The translations under genes and the position numbers were made by a program. A stretch of DNA of 64,000 nt from Actinomycetales bacterium. GTDB lineage: Bacteria > Actinomycetota > Actinomycetes > Actinomycetales > Dermatophilaceae. Of the stretch, positions 39,494-48,586 are shown piece by piece (the first letter of the stretch is position 1; every line of letters starts with the position of its first letter). Location of the stretch: NCBI GenBank assembly GCA_012729695.1, contig JAAYCP010000014.1, positions 4,385-68,384 on the forward strand, read 5' to 3'. The notes under the pieces were generated by a model. The model had not been told where the DNA came from, made no database searches, and saw only the letters and a program-made list of their open reading frames with translations.

Positions 39494-39686
39494 TCACGCC
39501 GACTGAAGCCGCCCCGGACGCCCGCCTGAAGGGTGACCCGCATGGGAACAGATCTCACCCCGGTGGCGTTGGTCTGGTCAGTTAAATCGTCCTCGTCCTT
39601 GCCCACGGTCGTGAAACGGGCCGCGCGTTGTCTGTTCAGCGAAGTAGCATCGAGGGGACTCGACGTCATTTACAGGAGTGAAGCCA

Positions 39687-42203
39687 ATGTTCGAGCGGTT
39701 CACGGACCGGGCCCGACGCGTCGTCGTCCTCGCCCAGGACGAAGCACGCCTGCTCAACCACAACTACATCGGGACCGAGCACATCCTGCTCGGCCTGATC
39801 CACGAGGGCGAGGGGGTCGCGAGCAAGGCGCTCGAGGGGCTCGACATCAAGCTCGAGGCGGTCCGCGAGCAGGTGCAGGAGATCATCGGTCAGGGCCAGC
39901 AGGCGCCGACCGGGCACATCCCCTTCACCCCGCGTGCCAAGAAGGTGCTCGAGCTGTCGCTGCGTGAAGCGCTTCAGCTGGGCCACAACTACATCGGGAC
40001 CGAGCACATCCTGCTCGGGCTCATCCGCGAGGGGGAGGGCGTTGCCGCCCAGGTGCTGGTCAAGCTCGGTGCCGACCTGAACCGGGTGCGCCAGCAGGTC
40101 ATCCAGCTCATCTCCGGGTACCAGGGCAAGGAGGGCCAGACCCCGGCCGGGGTCACCTCCGGCGGTCCGCAGGAGGGCACGCCCTCCGGCTCCACCGTCC
40201 TGGACCAGTTCGGGCGCAACCTGACCCAGGCTGCGCGCGAGGGCAAGCTCGACCCGGTCATCGGGCGCGAGAAGGAGATCGAGCGCGTGATGCAGGTGCT
40301 CTCGCGCCGGACCAAGAACAACCCGGTCCTCATCGGCGAGCCCGGCGTCGGCAAGACGGCGGTCGTCGAGGGCCTCTCCCAGGACATCGTCCGCGGCGAG
40401 GTGCCCGAGACCCTCAAGGACAAGCAGCTGTACACCCTCGACCTCGGCGCGCTCGTCGCCGGTAGCCGCTACCGCGGTGACTTCGAGGAGCGACTGAAGA
40501 AGGTCCTCAAGGAGATCCGCACCCGAGGCGACATCATCCTCTTCATCGACGAGATCCACACCCTCGTCGGTGCGGGTGCGGCCGAGGGCGCCATCGACGC
40601 TGCCTCGATCCTGAAGCCGATGCTCGCCCGCGGTGAGCTGCAGACCATCGGTGCGACGACGCTCGATGAGTACCGCAAGCACATCGAGAAGGACTCCGCC
40701 CTCGAGCGGCGCTTCCAGCCGATCCAGGTGATGGAGCCGACGCTGGCGCACACCATCGAGATCCTCAAGGGTCTGCGTGACCGCTACGAGGCCCACCACC
40801 GGGTGTCGATCACCGATGGTGCGCTGGTGAGCGCGGCGACACTCGCCGACCGCTACGTCAACGACCGGCACCTGCCGGACAAGGCGATCGACCTCATCGA
40901 CGAGGCGGGCGCGCGACTGCGCATCCGCCGGATGACCGCACCGCCGGACCTGCGCGAGTTCGACGAGCGCATCGCCACCGTGGTCCGGGAGAAGGAAGCT
41001 GCGATCGACGGTCAGGACTTCGAGAAGGCCGCGCGGCTGCGCGACGACGAGAAGCGCCTGCGTCAGGAGAAGGCTCAGCGCGAGGCCGAGTGGAAGTCCG
41101 GCGACATGGACGTCATCGCCGAGGTCGACGAGGAGCTCATCGCCGAGGTCCTTGCCGCGTCGACGGGCATCCCGGTCTTCAAGCTCACCGAGGAGGAGTC
41201 CAGCCGCCTGCTCCACATGGAGGACGAGCTGCACAAGCGGATCGTCGGCATGGATGACGCCATCAAGGCGCTCTCCCAGGCCATCCGCCGGACCCGTGCC
41301 GGTCTGAAGGACCCGCGCCGTCCCGGTGGGTCGTTCATCTTCGCCGGCCCCACCGGTGTCGGCAAGACAGAGCTGGCGAAGACGCTCGCCGAGTTCCTCT
41401 TCGGGGACGAGGACGCGCTCATCCAACTCGACATGTCGGAGTTCTCAGAGAAGCACACCGTCTCGCGGCTGTTCGGTTCGCCTCCCGGCTACGTCGGCTA
41501 CGAGGAGGGTGGACAGCTCACCGAGAAGGTGCGTCGTCGTCCGTTCTCCGTCGTCCTGTTCGACGAGGTGGAGAAGGCTCACCCGGAGATCTTCAACAGC
41601 CTCCTGCAGGTGCTCGAGGACGGTCGCCTCACCGACTCCCAGGGTCGGGTGGTCGACTTCAAGAACACCGTCATCATCATGACGACGAACCTCGGCACGC
41701 GCGACATCAGCCGGGCTGCGATGGGCTTCTCGGCCGGGCCGGATACCCGCTCGGAGTACGACCGGATGAAGGCCAAGGTCCAGGACGAGCTCAAGCAGCA
41801 CTTCCGTCCGGAGTTCCTCAACCGTGTGGACGACATCATCGTCTTCCCGCAGCTGACCCAGACCGAGATCGAGACGATCGTCGACCTGGAGATCGCCAAG
41901 CTCGGCAAGCGGCTCAAGGATAAGGACATGGCGATCACGCTCGAGCCCGCCGCCAAGACGCTGCTGGCCCAGCGTGGCTACGACCCGGTGCTCGGTGCCC
42001 GTCCGCTCCGGCGCACCATCCAGCGTGAGATCGAGGACGCTCTCTCCGAGAGGATCCTCTACGGCGAGCTCAAGGCCGGCGACCTCATCACGGTCGGGGT
42101 CGAGGGCGAGGGTGGAGACGCGGTCTTCACCTTCACCCCCACGCCGAAGGTCACCGAGATCGATCTGCCGCTGGTCGAGGCCGGCGCCGGATCGGGCGAG
42201 TGA
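39687..42203 (+). CDS. clpC: ATP-dependent Clp protease ATP-binding subunit ClpC
   Basis: [21 protein letters not shown], duplicated Clp-N repeats, two AAA+ modules ([16 protein letters not shown]) and a UVR-like linker. ATG at 39687 follows CAGGAG. Confidence 0.97.
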   Translation: MFERFTDRARRVVVLAQDEARLLNHNYIGTEHILLGLIHEGEGVASKALEGLDIKLEAVREQVQEIIGQGQQAPTGHIPFTPRAKKVLELSLREALQLGHNYIGTEHILLGLIREGEGVAAQVLVKLGADLNRVRQQVIQLISGYQGKEGQTPAGVTSGGPQEGTPSGSTVLDQFGRNLTQAAREGKLDPVIGREKEIERVMQVLSRRTKNNPVLIGEPGVGKTAVVEGLSQDIVRGEVPETLKDKQLYTLDLGALVAGSRYRGDFEERLKKVLKEIRTRGDIILFIDEIHTLVGAGAAEGAIDAASILKPMLARGELQTIGATTLDEYRKHIEKDSALERRFQPIQVMEPTLAHTIEILKGLRDRYEAHHRVSITDGALVSAATLADRYVNDRHLPDKAIDLIDEAGARLRIRRMTAPPDLREFDERIATVVREKEAAIDGQDFEKAARLRDDEKRLRQEKAQREAEWKSGDMDVIAEVDEELIAEVLAASTGIPVFKLTEEESSRLLHMEDELHKRIVGMDDAIKALSQAIRRTRAGLKDPRRPGGSFIFAGPTGVGKTELAKTLAEFLFGDEDALIQLDMSEFSEKHTVSRLFGSPPGYVGYEEGGQLTEKVRRRPFSVVLFDEVEKAHPEIFNSLLQVLEDGRLTDSQGRVVDFKNTVIIMTTNLGTRDISRAAMGFSAGPDTRSEYDRMKAKVQDELKQHFRPEFLNRVDDIIVFPQLTQTEIETIVDLEIAKLGKRLKDKDMAITLEPAAKTLLAQRGYDPVLGARPLRRTIQREIEDALSERILYGELKAGDLITVGVEGEGGDAVFTFTPTPKVTEIDLPLVEAGAGSGE

Positions 42204-42230
42204 GCATCAGCTAGCAGCCGGATCGCTGAC

Positions 42231-42272
42231 GCGAGCGCCGCATACCCCCGATGGGGGGTATGCGGCGCTCGC
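42231..42272. terminator. Bidirectional hairpin GCGAGCGCCGCATACCCCC-gatg-GGGGGTATGCGGCGCTCGC between convergent clpC and the metalloprotease gene
   Basis: Perfect 19-bp stem read directly, followed by CTCTTTCGTGTCT. Confidence 0.8.
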
Positions 42273-42284
42273 CTCTTTCGTGTC

Positions 42285-44336
42285 TCAGTACAGAGGCGGT
42301 GGCTCACTCCAGTCCCGTGCCTGAGCGCCCGGCCGGCGGCGGGAGCGCCGGACGAGGGCGACGAGGCCGCCGATGACGAGAAGGAGCGCGAGCGCTGCGC
42401 CGACGACGATCGCGACACCGACCCTGGTCACCCACTCGGCGCGCTCGATGACGAGGTCGGACGCCGCGCGGGAGGCGGCGAACTCGTCGAGGCTGATGTT
42501 CTCGGCCGCCACCTGCGCGGTGGCCTCGAGGCGCAGCGGGATGGCTCCGATCCGGTCGATGAGCCCGCGCTCGGCGTAGGCGACGGCAGCGGCCTCCTCG
42601 TACCGGGCGAGGGTGCTGTGCGCGTTCGCCAGGCTCGCGCGGACCGCGGTGTAGTCCTCGTCGCTGTCGGCCAGCTCGTAGTTCTCCTGCACCCGTGTGG
42701 GGAGGTCGACCGCCAGGTGGTCCGCGAGCTCCTGGACCTGCGCGGCGCCGGCTGGAAGGTCGGCCAGCTCGCTCATCACCCGGGTGGCGTCGCTGAACTC
42801 CCAGCGTGCCATCGACCGCCGCAGCCCGAGGGGCGCGCCCCAGGAGGCCCCGCCGGCGAACTCGTCGTAGAGCGTCCGCACCGGCTGCCACTGCTCGAGC
42901 AGATCGGCTCCCGGCTCTTCGAGCACCCAGGTGCGGTAGAGCTCGACCGCCGAGCCATCGGCGACGGAAGGTGCCTCGTGGGCGGCGAGCAGGTCGAGGA
43001 AGGCCATTGTCGTCGTTCCCCCACCGGAGAGGTCCCGACGTCCGGGCAGGTCCCACGGACTGGTCGAGGTGACGACGTCGCTGAGCAGCGGCGTGAGGTG
43101 CTCGTCGTCCAGCCCCGCGACCAGGGCGGTCGCGACCTGGTAGCTCGCGGGGTAGGCCCACGAGTCCGTCTCGGTCCCCCGGAACCCCCGCGAGCTGGTC
43201 CAGCCGTACAGTGCCACCGCACGCTCGTCGTCGCGGCGGACCGTGGCCGGCACGGTGAAGCCGCCGCCGATGCGCGCCGCGGTCCGCTCGGCAAGGACTT
43301 CCGCGAGTCCCTCGGTGAGCCAGCGCTCCGGGACGGTCGCCGTGTTGACCCACGCGTGCGCGAGCTCGTGGTAGAGCACGCCGTCGTCGAGATCCTCGCT
43401 CAGGACGATCTCCCGGTCGCTCGTCGAGTACCAACCCTCGAACCCACGGACCTCGCTGCCGACGTCCTCGCGGATCCGGTCGATGTCGCCGGGCCAGGGA
43501 TGGCCGACAAGGGACTCCAGGACAGGGAGGGCCAGATCCGCCCAGGTCTCGATGAACTCGGCCCACTCAGGGTCGTTCGGGTAGGGGATGAGCACCAGGT
43601 CGACCCCGCCCACAGTCACCGGCTGCCCTTCTCCGACCTCGCTCGTGCGCACCGACACCATGGCGGAGATACCGCCACCGATGTTGTCCCTCGTGAAGGT
43701 GTAGGTCGTGGTGCCACCTTCCTCGGAGGTCGTGTACTCGCTCTCGGTGCTGTCGAACTCCAGTGCCGAGTCCACCACGACCGCAACGGAGTTACGACCG
43801 GGATCCCCGGGACCGAAGACCGCGAAGTTCGCGTAGCCCGGGCCGATGCGCGTCGGGTCGTCGGCACGCGGCGGCTGGCCCACGAGCGTGAACGTGAGCT
43901 CGATGGTGCGGCTCTGCTGGTAGAGGAGGTCCGGGAAGCGGATCTCCACGAGCCGGAAGCCGGGCTCCTCCGGTAGCGTCCGCGACTGCGTCCGCAGCGC
44001 CTGCCCGCCGCTGCGCGCGACAATGTCCGTGGCTCCGGCCGGAAGCGGGATGCCGTAGGCGTCGTAGAAGAAATAGCGGTAGCCGCCGTCACCGGTGGGC
44101 TCGTTCGGGGTGACGTTGCGCAGGGTCATCGTGATCGCGCCCTGGACGGTACCGGCGTCGAGGTCGAGGACGTAGCGGCTCTCCGAGGTGACCGTGAGTC
44201 CCTCATCCGCCACGGCGGGCTGCGCGGCGACGAGCAGGCCGAGGACCATGACGGCCGCCGCCGCGACGGTGGTGAGCCGTCGCCAAGGCCGGCCCTTCGC
44301 TGTCCCCTCCACGGGACAAGTGTGCCTGTCCGTCAC
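42285..44336 (-). CDS. Secreted, C-terminally membrane-anchored gluzincin-like metalloprotease (HExxH ... WLTEG)
   Basis: Signal peptide (AAAAVMVLGLLVAAQPAVA). LYHELAHAWVNTATVPERWLTEGLAE resembles the M1/MA-clan HEXXH plus downstream Glu. C-terminal TM VGVAIVVGAALALLLVIGGLVALV. The GTG start overlaps the mutY stop (GTGA). Confidence 0.7.
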   Translation of the reverse strand: MTDRHTCPVEGTAKGRPWRRLTTVAAAAVMVLGLLVAAQPAVADEGLTVTSESRYVLDLDAGTVQGAITMTLRNVTPNEPTGDGGYRYFFYDAYGIPLPAGATDIVARSGGQALRTQSRTLPEEPGFRLVEIRFPDLLYQQSRTIELTFTLVGQPPRADDPTRIGPGYANFAVFGPGDPGRNSVAVVVDSALEFDSTESEYTTSEEGGTTTYTFTRDNIGGGISAMVSVRTSEVGEGQPVTVGGVDLVLIPYPNDPEWAEFIETWADLALPVLESLVGHPWPGDIDRIREDVGSEVRGFEGWYSTSDREIVLSEDLDDGVLYHELAHAWVNTATVPERWLTEGLAEVLAERTAARIGGGFTVPATVRRDDERAVALYGWTSSRGFRGTETDSWAYPASYQVATALVAGLDDEHLTPLLSDVVTSTSPWDLPGRRDLSGGGTTTMAFLDLLAAHEAPSVADGSAVELYRTWVLEEPGADLLEQWQPVRTLYDEFAGGASWGAPLGLRRSMARWEFSDATRVMSELADLPAGAAQVQELADHLAVDLPTRVQENYELADSDEDYTAVRASLANAHSTLARYEEAAAVAYAERGLIDRIGAIPLRLEATAQVAAENISLDEFAASRAASDLVIERAEWVTRVGVAIVVGAALALLLVIGGLVALVRRSRRRPGAQARDWSEPPPLY

Positions 44337-45253
44337 GCCGGGAGTGCGAAGGTGTCGGCGGGGAGGGGCTCGATGAGCCCGTCGTCCACCAGCGTGGACA
44401 GGCAGCGCTCGACCTGCGCAGGGTCGGGACCGGCCCCCAGGAGCGCCGAGCGGGGCAGCGGGGTGCGGCTGTCACGCAGTCGTTGCACGATCTCACCGCG
44501 CACCTGACGATCCGTCCCCGCCCAGGCCTGCGTCCGCCGCGGTGGACCGTCGTATGCGGGGCGCCCCCGGGTGACCCAGCGGCACAGGTCCTGGACCGGG
44601 CAGATCCCGCACTGGGGCGTCCGCGCGGTGCAGACCAGTGCTCCGAGCTCCATGACCGCGACGTTCCACGTGGCGGCCGAGACGTCATCGGTCGGCAGCA
44701 GCGACGTGGCCAGGTCGTGCTCGGCCCGGGTCAGGCTCGGTGCTGCGTGCTCCACCCCGGTGACGACACGAGCCTGGACCCGTCGCACATTGGTGTCGAT
44801 GACGGTGGACCGGGCTCCGAAGGCGAAGGCTCGAACGGCGGCCTGGGTGTACGTCCCCACCCCGGGCAACCCCACCAGGTCCTCCGGCGACTTCGGAACC
44901 ACCCCGTCGAAGCGCTCGACGATGGCGGTCGCCGCCTCGTGCAGGCGCAGCGCCCGGCGGGGGTAGCCGAGCCGACCCCAGGCCCGGACGGCCTCACCGG
45001 GTGAGTCGGCGGCGAGGTCGGCCGGCGTCGGCCAGCGCTCCATCCACTCCCGCCAGATGGGCTCGACGCGTGCCAGTGGCGTCTGCTGGGCCATGACCTC
45101 GCTGACCAGGACACCCCAGGGTGAGCAGTCGGGGTCGCGCCACGGGAGGTCCCGGGCGTTCACCGCATACCAGGAGAGGATGCGTTCGTGGAGCTCGTTC
45201 ACCCGGTCGTCCGCCTCCCCGCTGACCCCCGGGCCGGCAGGAGTGCCGACCAC
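44333..45253 (-). CDS. mutY: A/G-specific adenine DNA glycosylase
   Basis: LSWYAVNARDLPWR, HhH LVGLPGVGTYTQAAV, and a 4Fe-4S loop CTARTPQCGICPVQDLC. Confidence 0.9.
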   Translation of the reverse strand: MVGTPAGPGVSGEADDRVNELHERILSWYAVNARDLPWRDPDCSPWGVLVSEVMAQQTPLARVEPIWREWMERWPTPADLAADSPGEAVRAWGRLGYPRRALRLHEAATAIVERFDGVVPKSPEDLVGLPGVGTYTQAAVRAFAFGARSTVIDTNVRRVQARVVTGVEHAAPSLTRAEHDLATSLLPTDDVSAATWNVAVMELGALVCTARTPQCGICPVQDLCRWVTRGRPAYDGPPRRTQAWAGTDRQVRGEIVQRLRDSRTPLPRSALLGAGPDPAQVERCLSTLVDDGLIEPLPADTFALPA

Positions 45254-46323
45254 TAGACGTATCGGTCGAGGATGCTCGACTCGGCCAGCCGGGACAGGCC
45301 CTCACGGACCGCGCGGGCACGTCCTTCACCGACCCCGTCGACCTCCATGAGCTCGTCGACGGTCGCGGAGAGCAGCCGCTGCAGGCCGCCGAAGTGGTTG
45401 ACGAGCCGCTCGACGATCGCGCCGGGGAGTCGGGGGACCTTGGAGAGGAGTCGGTGGCCCACCGGGCTCACCGAGGTGTCGAGGGCATCGCCTCCCACGG
45501 CGAAGCCGATCGCCCTGGCAACACCGGCCAGGTCGAGCAGCTCGGTCGAGTTCAGCTCCCGGAGTGCGGCGACGGCCTCGTCGTAGCTGATGGGCTGCTT
45601 GGCCTCACCGAGGTAGTCGTGCAGCACGAGGGACAGGTCGTCACCCAGCCCCGCGGTCAGCTCCTCGAGCTGCAGGCTGAGCAGGCGGCCGTCGATGCCG
45701 AGCTGGAGGACGTAGTCGGCGATCTCCTCGCGGATGTGCCTGACCATCTCGAGGCGCTGCACCACGCTGGCGACGTCCCGGACGGTGACGAGGTCCTCGA
45801 TCTCGAGGGCGGACAGCGTGCTGGTGACCTCGTCGAGGCGCTGCTTGTAGCGCTCCAGGGTGGCGAGGGCCTGGTTGGCGCGGGTGAGGATGTCGCCGCT
45901 GTCGTCGAGCACGACGCGTCGGTGGCCGACGTAGAGGGCGACGATGTGCATCGACTGGCTCACCGTGATGACCGGGAAGCCGGTCTGCTTGGCCACCCGC
46001 TCGGCGGTGCGGTGCCGCGTCCCGGACTCGCTGGTCTCGATGCTCGCGTCCGGCACCAGCTGGGTCGCGGCGCGCAGGATGCGGGTGTGGTCGCGGTCGA
46101 GGATGACGGCGCCGTCCATCTTGCACAGCTCGCGCAGGCGGGTGGCGGAGAACTCGGTGTCGAGGGTGAAGCCGCCGGAGGCGATCTTGTCCATCAGCTT
46201 GTCGTGGCCCAGGACGATGAGGGCGCCGGTGCGGCCGCGGAGGATGCGCTCGAGGCCGTCCCGCAGGTCCGTGCCCGGCGCGACGGCGGCCAGCGTGGAG
46301 CGCAGCAGCTCGTCGTCGGTCAC
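45253..46323 (-). CDS. disA: DNA integrity scanning protein DisA (diadenylate cyclase)
   Basis: GTG at 46323. GALIVLG ... DGAVILD ... GTRHRTAERV (DAC domain) and a C-terminal HhH VDGVGEGRARAV. The 559-aa track ORF is an out-of-frame extension into radA. Confidence 0.92.
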   Translation of the reverse strand: MTDDELLRSTLAAVAPGTDLRDGLERILRGRTGALIVLGHDKLMDKIASGGFTLDTEFSATRLRELCKMDGAVILDRDHTRILRAATQLVPDASIETSESGTRHRTAERVAKQTGFPVITVSQSMHIVALYVGHRRVVLDDSGDILTRANQALATLERYKQRLDEVTSTLSALEIEDLVTVRDVASVVQRLEMVRHIREEIADYVLQLGIDGRLLSLQLEELTAGLGDDLSLVLHDYLGEAKQPISYDEAVAALRELNSTELLDLAGVARAIGFAVGGDALDTSVSPVGHRLLSKVPRLPGAIVERLVNHFGGLQRLLSATVDELMEVDGVGEGRARAVREGLSRLAESSILDRYV

Positions 46324-46334
46324 GAGGCCTGATC

Positions 46335-47747
46335 CTATCCGCTGGTGGGCCGCGCCGAGAGTGCGGCGCGCACTGCCGCTCCCAGGTCCCCGGCCTCGAC
46401 GACCTGCAGTCCGTCCGGCACGGTCACGGATCCGAGGGTGCCGCGAGGCACGATCGCGTGGGTGAGGCCGAGGCGCGCGGCCTCGGAGAGACGCCGGGCC
46501 ACCCCGACGACGGGACGGATGTCTCCGGACAGACCCACCTCGCCGATCGCGAGGAGCTGGGCCGGCAGCACGGTGTCCGTCACCGAGCTCGCGATGGCGA
46601 GGGCGATCGCCAGGTCGGCGGCCGGCTCGGTGATGCGCACGCCTCCGACGGTGGAGACGAACATGTCGTTCTTGCCGACGATGGCCCGGGCGCGCTTCTC
46701 CAGCACAGCGATGATCATCTGCACCCGGGAGGACTCCAGGCCGCTCGTCGCCCGGCGCGGTTGGGGGAGCGTCGACTCGGCGACCAGGGCCTGCACCTCG
46801 GCCAGCAGGGGTCGCCGGCCCTCGAGGGTGACGGTCATACACGTGCCCGGCACCGCGACAGTGCGGTCCGACGTGAACAGACCACTGGGGTCCGGGAGGC
46901 CGACGATGCCCACGTCGGAGAGATCGAAGCACCCGATCTCGTCGGTGGGACCGAAGCGGTTCTTCACAGCGCGCACGAGCCGGAGCCGGGAGTGGCGGTC
47001 ACCCTCGAACTGGATGACGACGTCGACGAGGTGCTCCAGGACCCGCGGCCCGGCGATCGAGCCGTCCTTGGTCACATGGCCCACGAGCAGCACCGCGATG
47101 TCCCTCGCCTTGGCGACGGCGATGAGCGCGCTCGCGACCTCGCGCACCTGGCTGACGTTGCCGGCCGCCCCGTCGACCTCGGCGCTGGCGATGGTCTGGA
47201 CCGAGTCGACGACGAGCACGTCGGGCCGGACCTGGTCGATGTGGCCCAGGATCGTCGCGAGGTCCACCTCCGAGGCGAGGTACAGGCCGGCCGCCATCGC
47301 CTCGATCCGCTCGGCCCGGGCGCGGACCTGGGCGCTCGACTCCTCGCCACTGATGTACAGCGCGGTGCGTGGTGGCTCACCGGGGCCCTGTCCACGTGCG
47401 GCCCGGGCAGCCACGTCGAGCAGGAGCGTCGACTTGCCGATGCCGGGCTCACCTGCGACGAGGACGACTCCACCTGGGACGAGCCCGCCTCCGAGCACCC
47501 GGTCGAACTCACCGACCCCCGTCGGCCGGGCGATCGCGCTGGTGTGGTCCACCTCCCCGATCGGCAGGGCCGGGGTCTGCACGGGAGCGGATCGCGTCGT
47601 GCGCGGACCGGCAACCGCCCCGATCTCCTCGATCGTGCCCCAGGCCTGGCACTCGCCGCAGCGCCCGACCCACTTGGCGGTGGTCCACCCACACTCGCTG
47701 CAGCGCTGCCCCAATGAGCGTTGTCCCGAGGAGGTCCTGGCAGCCAT
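46335..47747 (-). CDS. radA: DNA repair protein RadA
   Basis: ATG at 47747. Zinc finger CSECGWTTAKWVGRCGECQAWG, Walker A GEPGIGKSTL, KNRFGPTDE motif, and a Lon-like C-terminal domain. Confidence 0.94.
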   Translation of the reverse strand: MAARTSSGQRSLGQRCSECGWTTAKWVGRCGECQAWGTIEEIGAVAGPRTTRSAPVQTPALPIGEVDHTSAIARPTGVGEFDRVLGGGLVPGGVVLVAGEPGIGKSTLLLDVAARAARGQGPGEPPRTALYISGEESSAQVRARAERIEAMAAGLYLASEVDLATILGHIDQVRPDVLVVDSVQTIASAEVDGAAGNVSQVREVASALIAVAKARDIAVLLVGHVTKDGSIAGPRVLEHLVDVVIQFEGDRHSRLRLVRAVKNRFGPTDEIGCFDLSDVGIVGLPDPSGLFTSDRTVAVPGTCMTVTLEGRRPLLAEVQALVAESTLPQPRRATSGLESSRVQMIIAVLEKRARAIVGKNDMFVSTVGGVRITEPAADLAIALAIASSVTDTVLPAQLLAIGEVGLSGDIRPVVGVARRLSEAARLGLTHAIVPRGTLGSVTVPDGLQVVEAGDLGAAVRAALSARPTSG

Positions 47748-47754
47748 GGTCACG

Positions 47755-47777
47755 ACCGTATGCGGTGGCACCGACAA
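47755..47777 (-). promoter_or_regulatory. RecA-NDp / PafBC-type DNA-damage promoter TTGTCGGTG-N8-TACGGT upstream of radA
   Basis: The minus strand reads TTGTCAGGGTTGTCGGTGCCACCGCATACGGTCGTGACCATG. This fits the mycobacterial consensus tTGTCRgtg-8nt-TAnnnT exactly. Only 7 nt separate the -10 from the ATG, implying a leaderless or near-leaderless mRNA. Confidence 0.6.
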
Positions 47778-47803
47778 CCCTGACAACGCACCCCCGCCCA
47801 CAC

Positions 47804-47878
47804 CCCGTGTTTGGTTCGTTCCTACCCAGTGCGGAGCGCTGTAGCGCTCCGATGTGAAGACAACGAACCAAACACGGG
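47804..47878. repeat. Nested inverted repeat: 17-bp outer stem (CCCGTGTTTGGTTCGTT / AACGAACCAAACACGGG) enclosing an 8-bp hairpin CGGAGCGC-tgta-GCGCTCCG
   Basis: Read directly. It starts 1 nt after the methyltransferase stop codon (minus strand). The arms are conspicuously AT-rich for this genome. Confidence 0.85.
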
Positions 47879-48586
47879 TCAGTAGCGTCGCGAGCGGAGC
47901 ACGACCGAGTAGTCGACGACGAGCCCGTCGTGGCCCGCGAGGATCCGCTCGGCGGCCGGCCCGGGGAACTCGATGCGCACGACCGCCTCCAGATCGCTGC
48001 GGCGGTCGAGCTCCCACGTGCTGGGCACGACTTCGCGGTGCCATCCCTGCCTGGACCAGAACCGCTCGGTCGCCTCCACGTCGTAGGCGGGGTATGCGGT
48101 GGTGAACCAGGTGCCGAAGGTCGAGGGGACCGACAGGTCGTTGTCGATGACGAAGGCGACGCCACCCGGTGCCATCACCCGGTCGAGCTCAGCCAGCCCC
48201 GGCTCGCAGCCGGAGCCGAAGAAGTAGGCCCAGCGCGCGTGCATGACGTCGATCGAGGCATCCTCGACCGGGAGAGCCTCCGCCCCGCCCTCCAGCACCG
48301 TGATCCGAGCCCGGACATCCTCACCGAGCGTTCCGACGCGCAGACGTGCCCGCTCGACCAGCGGGGGGTGCGGCTCGACCCCGATCACCCGCGCCGCGCC
48401 ATACCCCACCCACCTCTCGAGGTGGAAACCGCTGCCGCAGCCGAGGTCGAGCACCGTGGCGTCCCGGATCGGGCGGTGGGCGAGCATCGCCGCCTCGATC
48501 CGCTCCTCGCGGTCGACAGCGTGGTTCTCGATCTCGTAGACGTCCGGGTCGTTCCAGATGTTCGGGCTCGGGATCGGGGTGGCCAT
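47879..48586 (-). CDS. Class I SAM-dependent methyltransferase
   Basis: VLDLGCGSGFHLERWVGYGAARVIGVEP motif I/II. ATG at 48586 overlaps the upstream gene's stop (ATGA). Confidence 0.85.
   Translation of the reverse strand: MATPIPSPNIWNDPDVYEIENHAVDREERIEAAMLAHRPIRDATVLDLGCGSGFHLERWVGYGAARVIGVEPHPPLVERARLRVGTLGEDVRARITVLEGGAEALPVEDASIDVMHARWAYFFGSGCEPGLAELDRVMAPGGVAFVIDNDLSVPSTFGTWFTTAYPAYDVEATERFWSRQGWHREVVPSTWELDRRSDLEAVVRIEFPGPAAERILAGHDGLVVDYSVVLRSRRY

Noticed and set aside
39494-39686. ClgR operator or riboswitch in the 193-nt clpC leader
   Set aside because: I could not find a convincing CGC-N5-GCG-type ClgR dyad or any conserved RNA motif by eye. There are only weak 5-bp hairpins. I leave it as an unexplained long leader.
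46324-46932. N-terminal 203 codons of the 559-aa ORF containing disA
   Set aside because: This part overlaps the 3' end of radA in another frame and is Arg/Pro/Gly-rich. DisA homology begins at the GTG 46323, which gives the usual length of about 356 aa.
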